Shown here: one piece after another, positions 32,802 to 41,362 of the stretch
How positions within the stretch are numbered: position 1 is the stretch's first letter
Layout: each line of letters opens with the position of its first letter
Made by a program: the position numbers and the translations under genes
Assembly: GCA_046756305.1 (NCBI GenBank)
Contig: JBHHWB010000005.1
Location: 9,088-73,087, forward strand
Direction: 5' to 3'
DNA: 64,000 nucleotides
Source of the DNA: Gemmatimonadota bacterium
GTDB lineage: Bacteria; Gemmatimonadota; Gemmatimonadetes; Longimicrobiales; Gaopeijiaceae
Notes under the pieces: model-generated
What the model was told of the DNA's origin: nothing
Database searches by the model: none
What the model saw: only the letters and a program-made list of their open reading frames with translations

Positions 32802-34379
32802 ATGAATCCCGTCGCTGCGTGGCTCATCCTTGTCCTGACGGCGGGAGTGCTGGGGCTTCTCCTGCCCTTCGCCTCTCACAGGACCCACCTCCTCTTCCTG
32901 TCTCGCCGGAAGAGGAAGGCGACGCGCGTGCCGTGGCCGGAGGAGGAGCTTCCCCGGGTCACGGTACAGGTACCTCTCTACAACGAGCGCGGCGTGGTGG
33001 AGCGCGTCGTCGATGCGGCGTGCGCCCTGGACTATCCGAAGCACCTCCTGGAGGTGCAGATCCTGGACGATTCCACCGATGAGACCCGCCTTCTCGCTGC
33101 CCGGCTCTGTGCTCTGTGGCGGAGGCGGGGGGTGCGGGTCCGTCACCTGCGGCGGGGCGGCCGCGCGGGGTTCAAGGCGGGCGCGTTGGCGTGGGGGGCG
33201 GCCCGGGCTCAAGGAGAGTTCTTCCTCGTCCTGGACGCCGACTTCCGGCCGCCGCCGGAGCTGATTCGGAAGCTCCTCCCCCCTTTCCGGGACCGGGGCG
33301 TGGGGATGGTTCAGGCTCGGTGGGGGCACCTGAATGCCGGAGAAAACGTCCTGACCCGGGCCCAGAGCTTCCTCCTGGACGGCCATTTCGCCTTCGAGCA
33401 GGGCGGGCGGTACGCTGGGGATCGCTTCTTCAACTTCAATGGCACGGCCGGGATGTGGCGCCGCACCTGTCTCGAGGAAGCCGGAGGATGGCAGTCCGAT
33501 ACCCTCACCGAGGACCTGGACCTGAGCTACCGGGCCCAGATGGCGGGGTGGCGCTTCGTCTACCTCGACGATGTGGAGGTGCCGGCGGAGATCCCCTCCC
33601 GTGTCGAGGCTCTGTACGTACAGCAGCAGCGGTGGGCCCAGGGGGGCGTGGAAACGGCGCGCAAGATTCTGCCCACCCTGCTGCGCTCCTCCCTTCCCTT
33701 GCCGGTGAAGGCCGAGGCGACGGTCCACCTTCTGGGCCACCTGGCCCACCCTCTGACGGTCCTGCTGGCCGTCCTCCTCCTTCCTTCGGCGATGGCCCGG
33801 CGCGGCCTGGCGCTGGACGGCCTCATGTCGCTGGATGTATTGGTTTTCCTGTTGGCCACCGGACCTTTCCTCGCCTTCTACGGTGCGGCGGGACGGCGGA
33901 GGCGGAGGGGCCTATGGGAGGTGGTGACCGGTGTGCCGCTGACCCTCGCCGTGGGGGTGGGCCTTTCGGTTCCCGTCTCCCGGGCGGTATGGAAGGGGCT
34001 TTGCGGAGTGAAGGAGCCCTTCCGGCGAACGCCCAAGACGGGCGGCGGGGGAAGGCGCCTCTACCGGGATGCCCGATGCGGTCCGGAGCTGGCCGCCCAG
34101 TTCGCCATGGCCGCCCTCATGGTCGGCTACCTCGCCGCTGCCCTGGCCATGGGGTACTGGGCTTCGGTGCCCTTCGTCCTTCTCTTTCTCGTGGGTTTCG
34201 GCCTTCCCGTGCTGGAGGGGCTCCGCGGCATGGCGTGGCGCGGCCTACTGCATGCGGCCCGCTGCATGACTCGGACAGGCCCTAGATCTCTTCGGAGAGA
34301 GGCTGGCGCAGAGGCACCCGATCCCTCCACAGGCGGGCTCCGTCCAGGAGGAGCAGGGCGAGCACCGGGGCCCACATGA
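32802..34379 (+). CDS. Membrane-embedded processive GT2 glycosyltransferase (CslA / cellulose-synthase-like, QxxRW)
   Basis: N-terminal TM, then VQVPLYNE, ILDDSTD, LVLDADF, TEDLDLS and QQQRWAQGG (D, D, D, QxxRW signature), followed by several C-terminal TM segments. Confidence 0.88.
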   Translation: MNPVAAWLILVLTAGVLGLLLPFASHRTHLLFLSRRKRKATRVPWPEEELPRVTVQVPLYNERGVVERVVDAACALDYPKHLLEVQILDDSTDETRLLAARLCALWRRRGVRVRHLRRGGRAGFKAGALAWGAARAQGEFFLVLDADFRPPPELIRKLLPPFRDRGVGMVQARWGHLNAGENVLTRAQSFLLDGHFAFEQGGRYAGDRFFNFNGTAGMWRRTCLEEAGGWQSDTLTEDLDLSYRAQMAGWRFVYLDDVEVPAEIPSRVEALYVQQQRWAQGGVETARKILPTLLRSSLPLPVKAEATVHLLGHLAHPLTVLLAVLLLPSAMARRGLALDGLMSLDVLVFLLATGPFLAFYGAAGRRRRRGLWEVVTGVPLTLAVGVGLSVPVSRAVWKGLCGVKEPFRRTPKTGGGGRRLYRDARCGPELAAQFAMAALMVGYLAAALAMGYWASVPFVLLFLVGFGLPVLEGLRGMAWRGLLHAARCMTRTGPRSLRREAGAEAPDPSTGGLRPGGAGRAPGPT

Positions 34380-35613
34380 GCAGGCGGATCCAGGCGGGTT
34401 GGTCCCAGATTCCGCCCTGGCTGTAGGCGCCGTAGCCGTAGTATCCCAGGAAGGCCAGACCCGTCATGAGGATCCAGGGCCGACTCAGACGGAGGGCGGC
34501 GAAGGGGAGGATCCACAGGACATACCAGGGATGGAGCGTGGGGGACATGAGGAGCCCCGTGCCGAGAATCCAGAAGAGGGCCCGCTCGGGACGGTAGCGC
34601 TGCAGCGTGGTCCAGATCACGACCGCCAGGACCACGGCGGCGGCGCCCCAGCGGGCCAGCGAGTAGGGCAGCACCGATTCCAGAAGGGCGAAGGGCCCCT
34701 CCATGAAACGCCAGCGCTGCGCGTAGGTGAGGAGCCCGTCGAAAAGGTGCCGCCCGGCGCCCGCGTAGGGTAGATAGAAGACGACCAGCGTCACGGCCAT
34801 CCCTACGAGGAACCGTCTCCCCAGGCGGCGCGTCAGGGGAGGCACGGCTGCCAGCGGCGCGAACTTCACCAGGGCGGAGAGCGCGCCGGCGGCGCCGGCC
34901 GCCAGGGGTGCCCGGGCCAGGAGCACGAGGAGCATGAGAGGGAAGATCCCCAGAGGTTCCAGGTGTCCGCTCCACGCCACCTCCACGAGAAGGAGGGGGG
35001 ACCAAAGGTAGAGGAAGGTGGTGAGGCGGCGGCTCCGCCCGGTGAGGTAGGCGATGCGCCCCAGGGCCCACCCCGTGGCGAGGTCCAGGCCGATCCACAG
35101 GAGCTTGGCCTGGAGGATGGCGCCGCCGGCAAGGGCGATGAGGAGGAAGGCGATCTGGGCGAAGGGAGGGTAGATGGTGGAGACGTGGGGATTGTTGACG
35201 AACCCGTGCCAGGAGGTCCGGAAGGTTGCAAGTTCCGGGGCGGCCGGCGGGTAGAGATAAGGGTTCACACCCGAGAGCTGCACGTGGCCGTCCCACAGGT
35301 AGCGATAGATGTCGTCGGAGAGCTCCGGCGTGAGGGGAAGGAAGACCAACCGCATGACGATGGCGAAGACCCAGATGAGCACACCGCCTCCGGCCCGATC
35401 CAGGATGTGGGAGGCTCCCGCCAGGTACACGGTGAAGGCTCCCAGGAAGATGAGAATAGCCGGCAGCGGGTACGTAGCGCTCGGCCACCACCCCAGGGCG
35501 ACCAGGAGTCCGGTCTGGAGCACGCCCGCCGCCAGGATTACGGGCCAGGCCTCTCGCGCCTGTGGGGGAGAGTGGCCCCGTGTCTGAGAAGCTTCGCCGA
35601 GAGCGGCCTTCAT
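34282..35613 (-). CDS. GT-C fold integral-membrane glycosyltransferase (DUF2029 / PIG-M / PimE-like)
   Basis: 443 aa with more than 8 hydrophobic segments. The first periplasmic loop carries LSDDIYRYLWDGHVQLSGVNPYLYPP, typical of polyprenyl-phosphate-sugar-dependent GT-C enzymes. Confidence 0.75.
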   Translation of the reverse strand: MKAALGEASQTRGHSPPQAREAWPVILAAGVLQTGLLVALGWWPSATYPLPAILIFLGAFTVYLAGASHILDRAGGGVLIWVFAIVMRLVFLPLTPELSDDIYRYLWDGHVQLSGVNPYLYPPAAPELATFRTSWHGFVNNPHVSTIYPPFAQIAFLLIALAGGAILQAKLLWIGLDLATGWALGRIAYLTGRSRRLTTFLYLWSPLLLVEVAWSGHLEPLGIFPLMLLVLLARAPLAAGAAGALSALVKFAPLAAVPPLTRRLGRRFLVGMAVTLVVFYLPYAGAGRHLFDGLLTYAQRWRFMEGPFALLESVLPYSLARWGAAAVVLAVVIWTTLQRYRPERALFWILGTGLLMSPTLHPWYVLWILPFAALRLSRPWILMTGLAFLGYYGYGAYSQGGIWDQPAWIRLLMWAPVLALLLLDGARLWRDRVPLRQPLSEEI

Positions 35614-36347
35614 CGTCGTTTCCCGGAAGGATCGGGGTAGTGATCCCGGCCCTCAACGAGGAGGGGGCGCTCCCCGGCGTTCTGGCACGTATGCCCGCGG
35701 AGGTGAGCCGGGTGGTGGTTGCCGACAACGGATCCACCGACGCGACCGCCCAGGTGGCTGCGCGCGGCGGCGCCGAGGTGGTGCGGGAAGACGAGCCCGG
35801 CTACGGCGCCGCCTGTCTGGCCGGCATCGCGCATCTCTTGAGCCATGGGGAGCCTCCCGACGTTCTCGTCTTCCTGGACGCGGATGGAAGCAACGATCCG
35901 GGCGCCATACCCGAATTGGTTGCACCCATCGCGCGGGGCGAAGCGGATCTGGTTCTTGGTGTGCGCCGGAGCGCACGGGGGGGCACAGGCACAATCCAAC
36001 TTCACGCGCGTTTAGGCAACCGTTTCGTTCTCCTGCTTTCCCGGCTTCTCTTCGGGCGGGCCTTCCGGGACCTGCCGCCTTTTCGGGCCATTCGGGTGCC
36101 CGCCTATGTTGCGCTGGCCATGGATGATCGCAACTGGGGGTGGACGCTGCAGATGCAGCTCCGCGCCGTGATCCACGGTCTACGCGTGGTGGAAGTCCCC
36201 CTACCCCACGGGGATCGGACGTGGGGAAGATCCAAGATCACCGGCTCCCCTCTCATGTCGGTGCGGGTGGGACTGAAGATGTTCTACACGTTGGCGCGGG
36301 AGCGGTGGAGAGGGTTTTCCTCCAGAAACTCCTCGAGCACGGAGTAG
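35562..36347 (+). CDS. GT2 polyprenyl-phosphate sugar synthase-like glycosyltransferase (DPM1/GtrB/ArnC-like)
   Basis: VVIPALNEEGALPGVL, VVADNGSTDAT, GYGAACLAG, FLDADGSNDP. The start is uncertain (GTG at 35562 or 35580); either choice overlaps the divergent GT-C gene start. Confidence 0.82.
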   Translation: MGESGPVSEKLRRERPSSSFPGRIGVVIPALNEEGALPGVLARMPAEVSRVVVADNGSTDATAQVAARGGAEVVREDEPGYGAACLAGIAHLLSHGEPPDVLVFLDADGSNDPGAIPELVAPIARGEADLVLGVRRSARGGTGTIQLHARLGNRFVLLLSRLLFGRAFRDLPPFRAIRVPAYVALAMDDRNWGWTLQMQLRAVIHGLRVVEVPLPHGDRTWGRSKITGSPLMSVRVGLKMFYTLARERWRGFSSRNSSSTE

Positions 36348-37204
36348 GAGGCGTCGGGGCGCTCCTCGGGCGGCAGGTGACCGCACTCCTCGAGGACTGC
36401 CAGGCGGGCTCGGGGAAGCTCCCGGGTGAGGTGCTCTCCCACCTCGGGGGGGACGACCCGGTCCTCCCGGCCCCACAGGAGGAGGGCCGGGACCCGGATC
36501 TCGGGGTACCGGGCCATGAAGGCTTCGGCATCGGGCGGAATGATCTGCTGGGCGGTGCGGATGAGAGCATCGGCCGTGCCGGGAATGCGGAGCGGCGCCG
36601 CATAGCCTTCGATCTGTTCCCGCGTGACCGTGGCCGGATCGTAGACGATCTGGCGGAGGACGGTGCGCACCAGGAGACGCTTGGGCGTGAGGGCGAAGAG
36701 GATCCTGCTCAGGCGGCGGCGGCGCGCCACGGCGACGAAGGGCGGCAGCTTCTGGGGATAGGCCGCGCCCGAGACGGACACGAGGCGGATAAGACGCGAT
36801 ATGCTGGGCGGCTGTGCGCCCATCCGGTCCGGCTCCGCCGCCGCGCCCCCATTCAGGAGATCCAGAGCTGCGAGGAGCGCCACGAGCCCGCCCAGGGAAT
36901 GTCCCACCAGGGTGACGTTGGCAAGGTCCCGTTCCAGGATGTAGCGCACCACCAGGTGCGCGTGATCGCGGGGGCCATAGGCGTCGTCCCGGGGCCGGGG
37001 AGCCAATCCGAAGCCCTTGAGATCCACCAGGACGACGTGCCCGCGCTGTGCGAGGCGGGGGGCCCAGAAGCGCCACGAGAACGACGATCCGCCGTACCCG
37101 TGGAGGAGGATGAAGCTTTCCACTTCGGGACCCGGGTCCGGTCCCATGAGCCGCACGTGGATGGGAAGGCCGCCGTCGGCGCCGCCTGTGGGAGCCACGG
37201 TCAC
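36284..37204 (-). CDS. Alpha/beta-fold hydrolase
   Basis: ILLHGYGGSSFSWRFW (HG oxyanion region), nucleophile elbow GHSLGG, C-terminal ECGHLPPEE. The GTG start overlaps the TGA of the upstream ATPase gene (GTGA). Confidence 0.85.
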   Translation of the reverse strand: MTVAPTGGADGGLPIHVRLMGPDPGPEVESFILLHGYGGSSFSWRFWAPRLAQRGHVVLVDLKGFGLAPRPRDDAYGPRDHAHLVVRYILERDLANVTLVGHSLGGLVALLAALDLLNGGAAAEPDRMGAQPPSISRLIRLVSVSGAAYPQKLPPFVAVARRRRLSRILFALTPKRLLVRTVLRQIVYDPATVTREQIEGYAAPLRIPGTADALIRTAQQIIPPDAEAFMARYPEIRVPALLLWGREDRVVPPEVGEHLTRELPRARLAVLEECGHLPPEERPDASYSVLEEFLEENPLHRSRANV

Positions 37205-39885
37205 ACTTCCACCAGGGAGGCCCCTCGCCCCACGAGGTCGTCCCGCAGGTGGGGGTGGCAGGTGAAGACGAAGATCTGGCGGGAGTCCGCGACCTGCGCC
37301 AGAAGATCCAGGCCGCGGGCGCGGCGCTCCGGATCCCAGTTGACCAGGGCTTCGTCGAGGAAGATGGGAAGGCGCTCCCCTTCCGGATTGAGGTGGTCCA
37401 CCACGGCAAGGCGAAGGGCCAGGTAGGCCTGCTCCCTCGTTCCCGTGGAGATGGGCGGCGCGAGGGGAAGATGAACCGGGAGATGGGGGCCCATCGTGTG
37501 AAGGACCTCGCTTCCCGGTTCGCCGTCCAGAGTCAGCCCGGTGTAGCGGCCTCCGGTGAGGGCCGAGAAGCGTTCTCCGGCGCGGCGCAGGACGTCGGGC
37601 TGGTGGGCCTCCCTGAAACGTGCGTCGGCGGCGCGCACGATGCGGGCCAGGAGCCAGAGCCGGTCCCGCTCCTCGGCGACTTCCTGCATCTCCTCTTCCA
37701 GGGCGAGGATCTCGCTTGCCACGGCTTCTACGGTGGGTTCCTCCAGGAGGTGCTCCATCTCGCTGTCGAGTTTCGTGATCCCGCGCCCCACGGTCTCGAT
37801 CTGTTCGGAGATCTCGCTGATGGCGCGGGATCTGCGATGCATTTCGTCCTCGCTGGCGCCCACGAATAAACCGCGTGCTTGGGCCTCCTTCAGCTCAGTC
37901 CTGCGCGCTTCCAGGTCCGGGACCTCATCCGCCAGCTCCTCCTCGCGCTCCCGGGCCATGCGGAGGGCCCGGAGGCGGCGGACCGCCACCTCGGCGCCCC
38001 GCTCCGGATCCCCGTCGCCCAACCCGGCGAGGCGTCGGCGGAGTGCCTCCGCTTGCCGTTCCGCCGCCTCCTTCTCCGCCTGGAGCCTCTCGCGGCGAGG
38101 ATAGAGGTCCCCGGCCAGGGTGCGGGTGGCTTCGGCGGCCCGGGTGTTGAGGGTCTCGGCCGCGTGGAGCTCCTCCAGGAGGGCGGCGGCCAACTCCCGG
38201 GGCGGCGGCACGGACGGCGTGCCTTCCTCCCGGCCCAGCGCGGCGAGAAGGGCACGGGCGGCCTCGTCCATCTCCTGGAGGGAGCGGCGCAGCTCCCGGA
38301 GCGCTTCCCTTTCCCTCTGCCGGCGGCGGAACAGGTCCCGGAGCCGCTCCAGGGTATGGGGAAGGCGGGGAGTGGGAGCTTCCAGGAGTTCCTCGCGGAT
38401 TGGCAGGTCCTCAAGGACGGCTGCCAGACGTTGCAGTACGGCGGCGCGTTCCCGCCGGGCCATGTCTGCGGGGCCGCCGGATCTCCCGCCGCGGTGGTGA
38501 AGCGCCCAGGCCACACCCCCGGCTCCGAGAGCCGCCAGGACACTCCCCGTCACCATGACGAGGAGGTCCTTTCTCGCCATGCCGATGACGAGGATCGCCA
38601 GGCCCCCCAGCGCCAGGGCGCCACCCCCGGCCAGCCACGCCGCGCCCCCGCCTCCCTCGGCCGCCCGGGCTTCCCGCTCGCGGATCTCCTGTTCCAGGTT
38701 CCGGGCCCGCGTGACCAGCTCCTCCACCTCCCCCAGGGGGAGGGGCTGGAAGATGTCCTCGGCTGGCTCCCGCCATGACCCGGAGAGGATCTCGACGGCG
38801 TGTCGGTCGAGCTCTTCTTCCAGTTCGGCCAGGTCCTCCTCCACGGTCCGCAGCTCGTCCCGCCCGCCGGCCAGGGAGGCGGCCGCGTTGTGGAAGCGCT
38901 GGATCTCAGCCGCCAGCCCAAGAAGCCGCTTGTGCTCGTCCCGGAAAGCATCCCGATCCGCCTCGCGGCCTGCGATCTGCAAGTGCAGGTCGGCCAGGTC
39001 CCGCTCCGCCTTCCGGATCTCTTCGTCCAGGTGCGCGAGGACACTGCCGGGGTCTTCGGGGAGGCCTTTCAGCTCTTCCGGGTCGCCAGCCTCATCCCGG
39101 AGGCGGCAGATCTGATCCAGCTTCCGGCGCAGGGCTCCCAGGCGCTGCAGGCGCCCCAGCTCCTCCTCCGCTCCGAAGCGGCGTTCCTTCAACGCCGCCA
39201 GTTCCTCCTCCAGCGCCCTCCGTTCCCGGTCCATCTCCCGGATGGCGCGGTCCCGCTTTCGGGCCTCCTTGCGGGCACGCTGAAGCTCGTGCAGCCGTCT
39301 GCGCATCTCCCGCAGGCGGGGCTTTCCCCGCCGGGTGGTGCGCCAGAGCTGGTCGGCCTCACCCTCGAGTTCCTGGGCCACCTCCCGTGGCGGACGAAGG
39401 TCCTGAGCGCCCATGCTTCCCAGGAGTTGGTCCTGGATCCTCTGCCACGCCTCGTCGCCACCTCTACCCCCGCCCAGATCCGAGAGGTTGGGAAGATGGA
39501 TGGTGTGGACCTGCCGGAAGAGCTTCCGGTCCACATCGCCGGTCCACTCCAGAGGCTGGTTCGCGAACTTCCGCGTCTCCTCCTCCACCGTGATCCATGC
39601 GGCGGGGGTGCCGGCGAGGCGGCGCCGCACCCGGATTCCGGCGCCGCTGTCCAGGGCCAGTTCCGCCTCTCCCTCGATGGGGTCACCGCCCCAGGGAGCG
39701 TACGGGTGCCTCTCGAGCTTCGCGGGTTCGAATCCGTAGAGGAGGGTGGAGAGGAAATGGAAGAGCGTGGACTTGCCCGCCTCGTTGAGGCCGTAGACCA
39801 CCACCAGGCCGCCCAGGCCGGACTCGCCCGAGGTCCGGTCCCGCAGGCCCCCGAACGCCTTCACGTGGAAGGATTCGAACCTCAT
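37201..39885 (-). CDS. SbcC/Rad50-like (YhaN-like) ABC-type ATPase with long coiled coil and central membrane hairpin
   Basis: Track ORF 37201..40554 trimmed to MRFESFHVKAFGGL (ATG at 39885). Walker A GLNEAGKST. About 600 aa of Glu/Arg/Leu-rich coiled coil is interrupted by AAWLAGGGALALGGLAILVIGMARKDLLVMVTGSVLAALGAGG. C-terminal signature/Walker B region: STGTREQAYLALRLA...PIFLDEALVNWD. Confidence 0.82.
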   Translation of the reverse strand: MRFESFHVKAFGGLRDRTSGESGLGGLVVVYGLNEAGKSTLFHFLSTLLYGFEPAKLERHPYAPWGGDPIEGEAELALDSGAGIRVRRRLAGTPAAWITVEEETRKFANQPLEWTGDVDRKLFRQVHTIHLPNLSDLGGGRGGDEAWQRIQDQLLGSMGAQDLRPPREVAQELEGEADQLWRTTRRGKPRLREMRRRLHELQRARKEARKRDRAIREMDRERRALEEELAALKERRFGAEEELGRLQRLGALRRKLDQICRLRDEAGDPEELKGLPEDPGSVLAHLDEEIRKAERDLADLHLQIAGREADRDAFRDEHKRLLGLAAEIQRFHNAAASLAGGRDELRTVEEDLAELEEELDRHAVEILSGSWREPAEDIFQPLPLGEVEELVTRARNLEQEIREREARAAEGGGGAAWLAGGGALALGGLAILVIGMARKDLLVMVTGSVLAALGAGGVAWALHHRGGRSGGPADMARRERAAVLQRLAAVLEDLPIREELLEAPTPRLPHTLERLRDLFRRRQREREALRELRRSLQEMDEAARALLAALGREEGTPSVPPPRELAAALLEELHAAETLNTRAAEATRTLAGDLYPRRERLQAEKEAAERQAEALRRRLAGLGDGDPERGAEVAVRRLRALRMAREREEELADEVPDLEARRTELKEAQARGLFVGASEDEMHRRSRAISEISEQIETVGRGITKLDSEMEHLLEEPTVEAVASEILALEEEMQEVAEERDRLWLLARIVRAADARFREAHQPDVLRRAGERFSALTGGRYTGLTLDGEPGSEVLHTMGPHLPVHLPLAPPISTGTREQAYLALRLAVVDHLNPEGERLPIFLDEALVNWDPERRARGLDLLAQVADSRQIFVFTCHPHLRDDLVGRGASLVEV

Positions 39886-41198
39886 CCCCCTCCTCCCTGG
39901 GTGGCGCGGAGGAAGCGGCGGACCACCTCGCCCTCGGCCCCGTCCAGGACGCGGCGGATGTACGCCCGCAGCGCGTCGGGGTCCGTCGGCGTCCTTCCCG
40001 CCCCCGTGAGGCCGGAGACGGCCAGATCCTCCACCGTCACCGAATCGAGAAAGGCAGGCCAGTCGCTCTCCCCGGGACCGCCATTGGGGGGTAGGCTCCC
40101 CTGGAGAACCTCTTCCAGGAGGCGAAGGGTCTCTCCCAGGGCGTCCACCCGGTCGCGGTGGTCCACCGGATCGAAGACGGGGTGGAGCCCGCGCGCCCGC
40201 ACCTCCACGTGGATGGCGCCGGGCAGGTCCTCCAACTCGTGCGCCAGTTCCTCGCGCTGCGTCGGCCGCTGGAGTTCGCCCCACAGGGGAGACGGTCCCT
40301 GAAGGACCACCCGTACGGCCCACTCCACCCCGGGTGCGCCCGGGTCCGCCGTGCGGGCCCGGGCCCAGGCGTCCCCCACGACCCTGGCCAGGCTCTCCAG
40401 GGAGGAGGCCTCCTGGAGACCGTGCACCTCCAGGGTTTCCCAGCGCACCGGCGCCAGCGGGCGGAAGGACATCTCCGGCGCCAGGGGGTCGGTGAGGTCC
40501 ACCACATAGGCGCCCTTGGGACCCGTTTCCCCGGGATTCCGTCCCTGAAGGCATCCGGAATAGACCACCGGCGGGTCATGGGACAGTTCCTGAGGAATGT
40601 GGATGTGGCCCAGAGCCCAGTAATGGAAGCCGGCGCGACGGAGGTGGGTGAGCTCCGACGGGGCATAGCGGTCATGGGCCTGGGCGCCCCGGGAGGTCTG
40701 GACCTGGGTGTGAAGAACGGCAACGTGGGGCCCCGGGCCCGCCGGGGGAGAAAAAGCCAGGGAGAGGTCGTCGGAGACTTCCGGGGAATCGTGGCCCGCC
40801 GCGGTGACCGTGCCCACGATGGTTCCGTCCGGGCGCGTGATGTCGACACGGACCGGCGCAGGGCCGGCGGCCACCGTCACGTTCTCGGGCCACTCCAGGG
40901 CGCGGACCCCTCCCGCTCCGCCCGGGTCGTGATTGCCGGTGGCGTAGATGAGGGAGATGCCTCGGGCCGCCAGCCGGCGGGCCTCCCCGAGGAGGAAGCG
41001 CTCCGTGGCAAAGGAGAGGTCACGGCTGTCGAAGAGATCACCGGAGATGACCACCGCGTCTACCGCCTCGGCGAAGGCCAGATCCACGGCGCTGCGAAAC
41101 GCCTGGCGGGCCGCCTCCTGAAGGCGGTGACGCAGGAATGCGGAGCGGCCCGCGAAGGGAGCGTCGAAGTGGACGTCGGCGAGATGAACGAGGCGCAT
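39882..41198 (-). CDS. Mre11/SbcD-like (YhaO-like) metallophosphoesterase nuclease
   Basis: MRLVHLADVHFDAPF, VVISGDLFDS, ATGNHDPGG, ALGHIHIP are calcineurin-like phosphoesterase motifs I-IV. The TGA overlaps the ATG of the ATPase gene (ATGA). Confidence 0.85.
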   Translation of the reverse strand: MRLVHLADVHFDAPFAGRSAFLRHRLQEAARQAFRSAVDLAFAEAVDAVVISGDLFDSRDLSFATERFLLGEARRLAARGISLIYATGNHDPGGAGGVRALEWPENVTVAAGPAPVRVDITRPDGTIVGTVTAAGHDSPEVSDDLSLAFSPPAGPGPHVAVLHTQVQTSRGAQAHDRYAPSELTHLRRAGFHYWALGHIHIPQELSHDPPVVYSGCLQGRNPGETGPKGAYVVDLTDPLAPEMSFRPLAPVRWETLEVHGLQEASSLESLARVVGDAWARARTADPGAPGVEWAVRVVLQGPSPLWGELQRPTQREELAHELEDLPGAIHVEVRARGLHPVFDPVDHRDRVDALGETLRLLEEVLQGSLPPNGGPGESDWPAFLDSVTVEDLAVSGLTGAGRTPTDPDALRAYIRRVLDGAEGEVVRRFLRATQGGGG

Positions 41199-41362
41199 AC
41201 GCGAAAGTAGCTGCCAAGCCTCCTTCAGGGAATTCAGTCGGCATTGTGACGAGTCTTCTAAAAAATCCTTCTCTGCGGGCCGAGAATGGATATTTTACGT
41301 GCCATTCCCGATCCACTCGGACCTCCCACAGGTGGAGGGCCGCGGCGCCCTCCACAGGATCC

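Noticed and set aside
39724-39735. tRNA T-loop-like motif GGTTCGAATCC, with its reverse complement GGATTCGAACC at 39871-39881
   Set aside because: The flanking bases do not form a T-stem (GCGGG versus CCGTA) or an acceptor stem. Both copies are explained by Phe-Glu codons (TTC GAA) inside the SbcC-like coding sequence. I found no tRNA genes in any intergenic region.
36284-41198. Nuclease / SMC-like ATPase / hydrolase operon as a known anti-phage system (Lamassu, Wadjet, Gabija or PARIS-like)
   Set aside because: The nuclease is a standard Mre11/SbcD calcineurin-fold phosphoesterase and the ATPase is YhaN/SbcC-like. There is no LmuA-type effector, JetABCD set, Toprim/OLD or helicase component, and no mobile-element context. 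It stays in the findings as an unusual repair-like module, not as a defence call.
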